Source: a virus
IMG/VR virus record: IMGVR_UViG_3300035180_002703
Span: 1-64,000 of that record
Length of the DNA: 64,000 nucleotides
Reading direction: 5' to 3' (one strand)
In this document: positions 9,966-17,640 of the stretch, in pieces
Layout of the letters: each line of letters opens with the position of its first letter
How positions within the stretch are numbered: position 1 is the stretch's first letter
Position numbers and translations under genes: made by a program
The notes under the pieces: generated by a model
Seen by the model: only the letters and a program-made list of their open reading frames with translations
Database searches by the model: none
Told to the model about the DNA's origin: nothing

Positions 9966-10007
9966 GAGCGGAGGGCCTACTCGGATTACCGAGAGGCCCT
10001 TTCGTTT
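9966..10007. terminator. Hairpin between convergent genes, likely terminator
   Basis: GAGCGGAGGGCCT-ACTCGG-ATTA-CCGAG-AGGCCCTTTCGTTT. Confidence 0.6.
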
Positions 10008-10264
10008 GCCGACTTCCATTTGTCAATGACATCTTCGATTTCATCAACCGAAAACCACATACTCTCCAATGCGTTGCTGAGTTTGGTGCGAACACAATCA
10101 GCATTCTCTCGATCGGCAATGGTTTCTGGTGAGTTATCCTCTCTCCAATACGCCTCATATTCCATGCGTTCGGCCTCCAGGACGTATTTCTCTAGCTCAC
10201 TACCAATCCACCGGAATTGTGTTACCAGCGTCGTGAGACCGCCGATGTCTTTCTCTGTCATCAT
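9986..10264 (-). CDS. Hypothetical helical protein
   Basis: ORF with GGAGGG RBS, coupled to the upstream minus-strand gene. Confidence 0.6.
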   Translation of the reverse strand: MMTEKDIGGLTTLVTQFRWIGSELEKYVLEAERMEYEAYWREDNSPETIADRENADCVRTKLSNALESMWFSVDEIEDVIDKWKSANERASR

Positions 10265-10530
10265 TTGATCGCCCTCCACAGCTCAGAGACGGCTGTCTGA
10301 ATGTAGTCGTCCGCATTGTACAGGCAGTAGGAGACAAACTTAGGGTCCTGTATCGTTTCCTTCTGCAGCATGTAGTAGGGAACATCCGGAGGCGTGTCGT
10401 TGTTCCATTCTGCGTATTTGCGCACGGCGACTCTGATTTCTTCCAGTCTGAGCATCAACTCACCGATGAACTGAAGCCTCTGCCAGTCCTTCGGATACAC
10501 CGCCTTCTGGCTCACATCTGTGCTATCCAT
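10261..10530 (-). CDS. Hypothetical protein
   Basis: Strong poly-G RBS on the minus strand (C run 10534..10553). Confidence 0.6.
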   Translation of the reverse strand: MDSTDVSQKAVYPKDWQRLQFIGELMLRLEEIRVAVRKYAEWNNDTPPDVPYYMLQKETIQDPKFVSYCLYNADDYIQTAVSELWRAIK

Positions 10531-10553
10531 TCACCCCCCCCCCCTCCCCCTCC

Positions 10554-10784
10554 TTACTGAGCAGGCGACCGCTGCCCACCGAATTCCTCAGCGACTGCGG
10601 AAAGCGTTTGCTCGGCGATGTTCAAGCACATCACTGCGAGATCGTGGCAGGACAGCGTTTCGAGGACAATCATCTCCCTCTCGATAGCCGATAGCAGGCT
10701 CCGTCGAATGCCTGCACTCCGGCAGAGCTCGGCCTGCTTGACCCCCAGCTTATTACGTACGGCTTTGAGCTCGGTTCCTGTCAT
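10554..10784 (-). CDS. XRE-family HTH transcriptional regulator
   Basis: ELKAVRNKLGVKQAELCRSAGIRRSLLSAIER. Confidence 0.85.
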   Translation of the reverse strand: MTGTELKAVRNKLGVKQAELCRSAGIRRSLLSAIEREMIVLETLSCHDLAVMCLNIAEQTLSAVAEEFGGQRSPAQ

Positions 10785-10803
10785 TGAATTCACCCCCTGG
10801 CGT

Positions 10804-10870
10804 ATCATATCGGAATGGTGTCCAGATTGTCAATAGACACCTTGACATTTTTTTCATGGTCTGATACACT
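10804..10870. promoter_or_regulatory. Divergent sigma70 promoters with candidate operator
   Basis: Leftward TTGACA(10833-10828)-18-TATGAT; rightward TTGACA(10842)-17-TACACT with extended TG; inverted GGTGTC/GACACC at 10817/10836. Confidence 0.7.
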
Positions 10871-10902
10871 TCGCCAAACAGTCTCGGCAGGAGGATTTCA
10901 GC

Positions 10903-12420
10903 GTGAACTACCAGAAGGCCCCATTTCCGTGGTTCGGCGGGAAGGCCGACGCCTCGCCTACGGTTTGGGCCGCACTCGGCGACGTTCCTCACTATATAGA
11001 ACCGTTCGCCGGTTCTCTTGCCGTGCTACTGCGCCGCCCGCATCCGGCCAATCGTCCATACTACTCCGAGACCGTAGCCGACATTGACGCGCTGCTGACG
11101 AATTTCTGGCGGTCGGTTCAGCTCAAGCCGCAGGAGACGGCAGAGGCGGCGAGCTATCCGGTGTCGGAGCTAGACAAACACGCTCGTGGGTGTCACCTTC
11201 TGAAATGGCGGCAGAGCGAGGCAACGGCGCGCCTGGCGGGCGATCCTACATTCTGCGATCCGGTAGTTGCCGGGTGGTGGGCGTGGTGCGTGAGTTGCTC
11301 GATAGGCGCATGGGGCATCGGCGGCCCGTGGTGGCCGGATGAAAACGGCATACTGCGCAAGAGAAAGCGCGGGACGGGGGTGCCAGGCGATGGACCGGAG
11401 ACCGTCAACAACGGGCGAGGCGTCAATCATGCGAGCATGCGCGAGCCTGGAGTGCTCGGCAACCTACCTCATCTTGTCTCGAACGGACAGGGCGTCAACC
11501 GCCCGCAGTCGCGAGAACCGGGAGTGCTCGGCAATCGTCCGGAGATCGTCGACAACGGGCGGGGCGTCAATCGCCCGCAATCGCGAGAACCGGGAGTGAA
11601 AGGCGATCTGCCCCATATCAGCAAAACCGGACAGGGCGTCAATCATCCGCACACTCGCGAGCCTGGAGTGCTCGGCAATATCCCCGACTTGAACAAGCTT
11701 GGCGGTGTCAATAGTGCGCAAGCGCGCGAGCCAGGGGTGACAGGCGATCGGGTGTTTCTCACCGACAACGGACAAGGCGTCAATCGCCAGAACATGCGCG
11801 AACTGGGAGTGATTGGCAGCTCCCCTGAGCCGCAGGATGACGTAGAGGCCGCAATCGCCAACGACTACGAAGAGACTGGCGGCTACCATCCGATGACAAT
11901 GCCGGAGGTGCGCCGATGGTTCGCGTTCCTGTCGGCCAGGCTCCGCCACGTCCGCATCATCAACGGTGACTGGTCTGGCGCAGTCAACGGAAGCTATGAG
12001 CGGCTCATGACATCCGGAGCATCGCTCACGCTCCCCGTTCGGCAGGGTAAAGGGCCGTGCGGAGTGTTCCTCGACCCGCCTTATGGGGTAGATGACCGCT
12101 GCGACTATATCTACGGCGACAACGACAGTCTGCAGGTGGCCGCGCGCGTGCGCAAGTGGTGCCTAGAGCATGGTGACGACCCCCGCTATCGGATCGTCTA
12201 CGCTGGGTTCGACCAGGAAGGCGAAGCACTGGTCGCCGCGGGTTGGCGCGAGGTCGAGTGGTTTCGCGGAGGGTTCCTCAAAGGCGGCCTGGGCAACATG
12301 AAGCGGGAAAGGGGTGATGGCCCCGGCCATCAGCAGCATCGCGAGCGTCTCTGGCTATCGCCGCATTGCCTAACAGCATCGGAGCCAAGCGAGCCGGAAC
12401 AGCCAACACTAGAGTTGTAG
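10903..12420 (+). CDS. D12-class (Dam-like) N6-adenine DNA methyltransferase with six internal 24-aa repeats
   Basis: FPWFGGK, YIEPFAGS (motif I), FLDPPY (motif IV); repeats at 11377..11805. Confidence 0.88.
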   Translation: MNYQKAPFPWFGGKADASPTVWAALGDVPHYIEPFAGSLAVLLRRPHPANRPYYSETVADIDALLTNFWRSVQLKPQETAEAASYPVSELDKHARGCHLLKWRQSEATARLAGDPTFCDPVVAGWWAWCVSCSIGAWGIGGPWWPDENGILRKRKRGTGVPGDGPETVNNGRGVNHASMREPGVLGNLPHLVSNGQGVNRPQSREPGVLGNRPEIVDNGRGVNRPQSREPGVKGDLPHISKTGQGVNHPHTREPGVLGNIPDLNKLGGVNSAQAREPGVTGDRVFLTDNGQGVNRQNMRELGVIGSSPEPQDDVEAAIANDYEETGGYHPMTMPEVRRWFAFLSARLRHVRIINGDWSGAVNGSYERLMTSGASLTLPVRQGKGPCGVFLDPPYGVDDRCDYIYGDNDSLQVAARVRKWCLEHGDDPRYRIVYAGFDQEGEALVAAGWREVEWFRGGFLKGGLGNMKRERGDGPGHQQHRERLWLSPHCLTASEPSEPEQPTLEL

Positions 12421-12491
12421 TAACAGTCGCAGAGCGTATCATACACGATAGCTCCTCCCTGCGGGTTCTTGTTCCTGAAGGAGGAGCTATC

Positions 12492-13337
12492 ATGGCAGAG
12501 CCTGTGGTTATTGAAGCGACGGACGATGTTGTAGACTGGGGGCTTCAGGTAATTGGGGCAGAGGCCGCGTGGCGAGAAACGCGGGGCGAGGGCGTGCGCG
12601 TTGCGGTGTTGGATACTGGGTGGCCGCAGCACCCAGATTTGCCAAACGTGGTAGCCCGCGCATGTTTCACAGGAGACGGGGACGGGCATGATGATGTTGG
12701 GCATGGGACGCACACCGCTGGTATCATCGGGGCAATCGACAACGGGATCGGCGTGATTGGCGTAGCTCCCGGGTGCGAGCTTCTATGTGGACGTGTTATC
12801 CCCATGACCACCCCGGCGCAGCTGGCAGACGGCATCGATTGGGCGATTGAGCAGGGGGCGCACATCATCAACATGTCGCTTGGATCACCATTTGACTATG
12901 TTGAAGTGCATATGGCGGTCAAACGCGCATACGATGCTGGGGTTGTTCTGGTCGCCGCCGCCGGGAACACATACCTGGATGGCGTTGACACGATCGCTTA
13001 CCCTGCCAGGTACCCGGAGGTATTGGCGGTTGGCGCGGTCGACACGAGTCTGCATAAGGCGTCGTTTTCGGCTGCCGGTCCTGAGCTGGCAAACTCGGTT
13101 GCGATGCCAGGTGTGTCCATGCTTTCGTGCTGGCTAAATGGTGGTTACGCTCGCATGTCAGGAACAAGCTGCGCGGCACCTATGCTGTCCGGCCTGATTG
13201 CGCTTATCATCGCACACGCCAAAGCTGATCGGTCAAGCGTACATGAAGTAGTGCAAAACACGCTGCATGCAATCGCTCGGAAGGAAGATGACTTCAACTT
13301 CACCGGGTGGGGCATCCCTGATGCAAGCAAGCTATGA
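12492..13337 (+). CDS. S8 subtilisin-like serine protease
   Basis: VAVLDTG, GHGTHTAG, AAAGN, SGTSCAAP catalytic motifs; no signal peptide or propeptide visible. Confidence 0.95.
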   Translation: MAEPVVIEATDDVVDWGLQVIGAEAAWRETRGEGVRVAVLDTGWPQHPDLPNVVARACFTGDGDGHDDVGHGTHTAGIIGAIDNGIGVIGVAPGCELLCGRVIPMTTPAQLADGIDWAIEQGAHIINMSLGSPFDYVEVHMAVKRAYDAGVVLVAAAGNTYLDGVDTIAYPARYPEVLAVGAVDTSLHKASFSAAGPELANSVAMPGVSMLSCWLNGGYARMSGTSCAAPMLSGLIALIIAHAKADRSSVHEVVQNTLHAIARKEDDFNFTGWGIPDASKL

Positions 13338-13357
13338 AGAGGGGCATGCAATAGGAT

Positions 13358-15292
13358 ATGGCTTCATGGCATATAGTCGTTATAGCGCGCGGGCTGACGA
13401 CGACTAACGAGACGCTCTGGCCGCAATTAGAACAGATCGAGCAGTCGATTGTCGTCATCGACTCCGGCGCATCCCAGCCTCTTATGCGCCGGGTATCAAA
13501 GTTTGCCACCTATATGCGGATAGAGCGCCCGGCATTCAACTGGGCGGTCTATGCTAACGCCGGTGCTGCAATAGCCCCGCGCGGCACCGACAACCTCCTT
13601 TTCCTACATGACGATGTGTCGCTGACTGATGGTGCCAGCACGCTACCTGCGCTAGAGCCCGCGCTCGTTGGTAACGGGATCGGGCTCGCAGTCCCCCACA
13701 TGACCGGAGCATGTAGAACGTCGGCTCAAATGTGGTCTGGCCCGTGGTTTGCGCCATATTTCCACACGACAGAATATGTGTCCGGGGCTGTTGTGGCTGT
13801 ATCGGCCAAGCTGTTTCGCGAAGTCGGCGGATGGGATGACAGATTCACCGCCGCTGACTGGCACGCTCCGGACTTGCAGTATCGGCTTGCGGAGGCCGGC
13901 TATGTCGTCGCGGTTGTGCCTTCCATATCATGTCACCACCTTGGCTGTGTCACGTATGGTGACGCGATCGAGGCTAGAACTCATAATCAGGGCGTCTTCT
14001 GTCTTGTGCATGGCATCAGCTCCGATTGTGGGTTGCGCCCGATGTTGCCAAGAATCGCCCCACATGAAGAGTCTTCCGAATGTTGGGTCATGAAAGGCAC
14101 GACGGAGCATTTTGTTAGGTCGCTGGGAAAAACGAAGGGAACGGTGATTGTTGATTGTGAGGCGCACCCCAGTGCTGACTGGAACATGATTGTGTCCACT
14201 GTAAGGTGCTCCCCGGCGATTGACGATCGCCCCGATGTGCTCGCCGTGAATTTGGCGGGCTCCGACAATGTAAAGCTGCATGACATGCGTCGGGGTGCTC
14301 CCACAGTGATAACGGGCAGAAGACTCCGGCTCGGTGACGAATATAGGCTCCGACAACAAGCGGACGAAATCCACTGGGGGTTGCTGCAACATTCCGGCAT
14401 TGGCGACCTTGTAATGATGACCCCGGCCATTGCCCGGTTCCGTCTAGAGTACCCTCGCGTTCGCATCATTGCTCACGGTTACTGGGAGGCTATTACAGTT
14501 CTGGATAACCTGCCAGAGATTGATGAAATTGTATGGCACAGGGAAAGACCAATACAGGTGCCTGCGGCATTCATGGACTTTACCGGCGGGAATGCAAGAG
14601 AAGGTACGATCAGATGGCCGTACTATCAATTGGGGCTTGACCCAGATGACGATCCGGATCGCAGAATGCGATATCGGGTTAGGGCAGAAGAGTTTGATCG
14701 AGCGGTTGCATGGCTTCGGTCCGTAGGGATACGTGACGAACCCATACTAGGTCTTCAGGCACATGGCTCATGGGCGATGAAGCAGTGGGAGCATACATCC
14801 GAGCTTTCCAGGCTGTGGCAGGCTGCCGGTGGGCGAGTAGTCCTGTTCGCTCCGGATTCGAATCGGAGGCCCGAATGCCCAGGAGCTGACATTCTCCCGC
14901 TGATGTCTATTCGTGAGGCTATGGCGGTCCTGTCTGTCTGTGATTGCTGGGTGGGGCATGACAGTGGTCCAACGCTCATTGCGGCTGCTATGCGTATACC
15001 AACTGTCGTGCTGGTTGGCTCCCACGATCCCAAGGGGTTGCTGATGGACGCGCACACCGAGAATGTTACGGTATTCCGGGCCATCAGCCCAGACCAGTGC
15101 CGCGAGTCTCATGGGAAATCATGCCGATGCCCGATGACGCTCACTTATTGTCCTTTGAGGGGTGAGGATGGCGCTGGGGCGGATTGTCTCGATGCTGTGA
15201 ATGCGGAAACAGTAATGGCGGAGCTGGAGCAGATGCCGCGGTGGTCGCGCCCGTTGGAGCAACGCTTTGGGGTGATCTCGATGTTGGATTAG
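13358..15292 (+). CDS. Fused GT2-like + GT9-like glycosyltransferase
   Basis: N-term LLFLHDD and GGWDDRF (GT-A); C-term GIGDLVM and WVGHDSGPTLIAAAM (GT9). Confidence 0.8.
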   Translation: MASWHIVVIARGLTTTNETLWPQLEQIEQSIVVIDSGASQPLMRRVSKFATYMRIERPAFNWAVYANAGAAIAPRGTDNLLFLHDDVSLTDGASTLPALEPALVGNGIGLAVPHMTGACRTSAQMWSGPWFAPYFHTTEYVSGAVVAVSAKLFREVGGWDDRFTAADWHAPDLQYRLAEAGYVVAVVPSISCHHLGCVTYGDAIEARTHNQGVFCLVHGISSDCGLRPMLPRIAPHEESSECWVMKGTTEHFVRSLGKTKGTVIVDCEAHPSADWNMIVSTVRCSPAIDDRPDVLAVNLAGSDNVKLHDMRRGAPTVITGRRLRLGDEYRLRQQADEIHWGLLQHSGIGDLVMMTPAIARFRLEYPRVRIIAHGYWEAITVLDNLPEIDEIVWHRERPIQVPAAFMDFTGGNAREGTIRWPYYQLGLDPDDDPDRRMRYRVRAEEFDRAVAWLRSVGIRDEPILGLQAHGSWAMKQWEHTSELSRLWQAAGGRVVLFAPDSNRRPECPGADILPLMSIREAMAVLSVCDCWVGHDSGPTLIAAAMRIPTVVLVGSHDPKGLLMDAHTENVTVFRAISPDQCRESHGKSCRCPMTLTYCPLRGEDGAGADCLDAVNAETVMAELEQMPRWSRPLEQRFGVISMLD

Positions 15293-15315
15293 GCATTCCC
15301 GCAGTGCGGGAATGC
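15293..15315. promoter_or_regulatory. Palindrome TTCCCGCA-G-TGCGGGAA, copy 1
   Basis: Intergenic; same core at 40271..40285 and 63080..63096. Confidence 0.6.
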
Positions 15316-15331
15316 GTGTTTGGAGGTTGGC

Positions 15332-16501
15332 ATGGATGCTGTCAGACCAATAGAATACTGGCCCAATGCGGTGCATGCGAGGCTGTCGGCTCGATGCCAA
15401 CTGAACTGCTCATTTTGCGAACGTGTGAATTGGAAAACTGGTGACTTGCCTGCAGAGCCGGACATGCCGGGAACGGTATGGAAAGCCATCGCCGAGAAGT
15501 ACATGCCATACGTTGATGGCATAGAACTGGTAGGGCTGGGAGAGCCGACGCTGAGTGCTATTTTCCAGATGGCGTGCCTCGACGTTGTTGGCGCTGGCAA
15601 AAAGCTTTACTTCGCGACCAACGGGATGACGCTTGGGCGGAAGTGGTTGCACGAAGTGGTCGGCGAGACGCCCACAGTGTCTGTTTCGATCGATGCGTGG
15701 GATGCCGAATCCTACAAAATGATCCGCGGGGAGCCAAGCTGGGATGCTGAGAAGCAGTGGAAGAAGCTGTTGGATGGCATACGCGCGTTTAGGGCCGCCA
15801 AACCGAAAGCCCGAATGCACTCGCAGTACACCGGGCAGGTAGCGAACATCGACGGGTTGCCAAGCTTCATCAAGTTGGCAGCAAGCCTGGGGATACAGGA
15901 TGTCACTCTTCGCCCCGTTCATGGGCACGCTGTAGCCAGAGAGAATGTGTCGCTTCGATACGAGCGTGATCGGACGGAGAGAGCTATAGATGCGGCGCGT
16001 GCCGAGGCTGAGAAAGCGGGAATCATGTTCATTGCCGAGCGCCCCGCATACTCGAAGCTATCTATGAAGTCCGGGAAGCGTGTTGGCGGGGTCGTCCGTT
16101 ACTTAGACTTCGTCCCGTTGAATATGGCCACCTGCCCTGTTAGCGAGGTGACATCAAGTGGTAGTACGACGACAACGACGACGACAACGACGACAACGAC
16201 GCCAAAAATAGGGCCGCCGGGAGTAGGGTTTGCTGAAGGGGCTGTGGAGCCTGTCGTTATTCGATCCAAGCGCAAGCTTCGCGACGTTGAGCCTGAGGTA
16301 GTCAAGATCAATCAGCCGGTGATCGTAGCAGCTAACGGCGAATGCTGGTCGTGTTTCGGTCGCCACGTAGTGGGCAATGTGCTGGATGACGACTGGCTAA
16401 CATTGGTTCGCAGGCCGAGATATCAGGAATTCCTTCGGAACAGAGCGACCGGACAGGTATTACAGGATACATGGTGCAGGAACTGCCCGAGGGTGATGTA
16501 G
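15332..16501 (+). CDS. Radical SAM protein with SPASM/twitch-like C-terminus and internal poly-Thr
   Basis: CQLNCSFC, GLGEPTL, FATNG; C-terminal CWSC...VGNV...CRNC; 12 Thr at 16166..16201. Confidence 0.9.
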   Translation: MDAVRPIEYWPNAVHARLSARCQLNCSFCERVNWKTGDLPAEPDMPGTVWKAIAEKYMPYVDGIELVGLGEPTLSAIFQMACLDVVGAGKKLYFATNGMTLGRKWLHEVVGETPTVSVSIDAWDAESYKMIRGEPSWDAEKQWKKLLDGIRAFRAAKPKARMHSQYTGQVANIDGLPSFIKLAASLGIQDVTLRPVHGHAVARENVSLRYERDRTERAIDAARAEAEKAGIMFIAERPAYSKLSMKSGKRVGGVVRYLDFVPLNMATCPVSEVTSSGSTTTTTTTTTTTTPKIGPPGVGFAEGAVEPVVIRSKRKLRDVEPEVVKINQPVIVAANGECWSCFGRHVVGNVLDDDWLTLVRRPRYQEFLRNRATGQVLQDTWCRNCPRVM

Positions 16502-17328
16502 CTCCCGACCTACGGTGGTATATCACCCCATGTGGAATAGGCGATTATTTGTGCGTGTTCATGGCCGTTGGCGCATACTTGCGCAAATGGCCAAACGCTA
16601 TAGCTCATATCGCGTATTGGCCGTGTCCTGCCGCGGAGTGTATCCTCGGGTGGGATCGCGTCGCGTACACCGCCATCACGCGTCAGCCGGATGGGTACTG
16701 GGATATTCTGCAGCAGTCTTCCCGCCATTTGGATATGCCCTGGTGGGTGTGTGGTTTCAACACCAGGAAAGAATGGTTTGACCGTTTGGGGCTGGATTGG
16801 GAACACAAGCGAATGTACTATCGAATAACTCCCGACGAAGAGCGGTTCGCATCTGGTGTCTGGGGGCCGCGGCGTCCAAGGGTATCTTTGCAGTGGCACG
16901 GCGGCGCAGCTCACAAGACGTACTCGCATATGCGGGAGGTGTATGACTGGTTTGAGAAGAGGGGCGCGAACGTCGTCGGCCTGGATCAGCGAGGAGTGTC
17001 TGATGGATATGGGCGAGCATTGCGAGGAGATTACCCTGTACGCGAAATGCTGTCAATACCAGCTACCGCCGATATGCACATTGGGATGTGTTCTGGCCCT
17101 TCGTATGCTGCTATTGGATCAAACGTTCCCACAGTCATGCTGCTACCATATGACGACCCAGACGAAATTTTCGAGCCCCTGGAGTCTCCCCCAGTATGGT
17201 CACACTTGAAGTTTTCCGACATTGAGGGGATACCGCTTTCAGACATTCTGCGGTCGTGTGAGGAGATGTGGGATCACGTAGTCGAGAACATGTGCGGGCG
17301 GGGAGCAGGCGAATGGCGATATTGGTAG
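16471..17328 (+). CDS. GT9-like glycosyltransferase (paralogue of 1445..2305)
   Basis: CGIGDY, RPRVSLQWHG, HIGMCSGPSYAAIGSNVPTVML. Confidence 0.75.
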   Translation: MVQELPEGDVAPDLRWYITPCGIGDYLCVFMAVGAYLRKWPNAIAHIAYWPCPAAECILGWDRVAYTAITRQPDGYWDILQQSSRHLDMPWWVCGFNTRKEWFDRLGLDWEHKRMYYRITPDEERFASGVWGPRRPRVSLQWHGGAAHKTYSHMREVYDWFEKRGANVVGLDQRGVSDGYGRALRGDYPVREMLSIPATADMHIGMCSGPSYAAIGSNVPTVMLLPYDDPDEIFEPLESPPVWSHLKFSDIEGIPLSDILRSCEEMWDHVVENMCGRGAGEWRYW

Positions 17329-17630
17329 ACATTGACGGAACGCTTGCTGAATATCACGGGTGGACAAGCTATACGCCGGTTGGCAATCCGGTCCCCAAAA
17401 TGGTAGAGCGTGTCAAGAAGTGGATCGCCCAGGGGAAAGACGTCAGGATATTCACAGCGAGAGCATGCGACCCAAGCGAAGTGCCCGAAGTGGAGGATTG
17501 GTGCGCTAAGCACCTAGGTGTCGTCTTGCCTGTCACAAACGTAAAAGAATGGGACGCGGAAGAGATTTGGGATGACCGCGCGGTTGGGGTTCGCCTGAAC
17601 AGCGGAGAGCGGGCTGATGGGCTGGAATGA
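17313..17630 (+). CDS. Small HAD-superfamily phosphatase
   Basis: ILVDIDGTLA motif I, IFTAR, K, IWDDRA motif IV. Confidence 0.85.
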   Translation: MAILVDIDGTLAEYHGWTSYTPVGNPVPKMVERVKKWIAQGKDVRIFTARACDPSEVPEVEDWCAKHLGVVLPVTNVKEWDAEEIWDDRAVGVRLNSGERADGLE

Positions 17631-17640
17631 GGGGTGAGTA

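Noticed and set aside
11377-11805. 72-nt repeats as a CRISPR array or DGR template/variable repeats
   Set aside because: In-frame coding repeats with synonymous variation; differences not adenine-specific; no reverse transcriptase in the window
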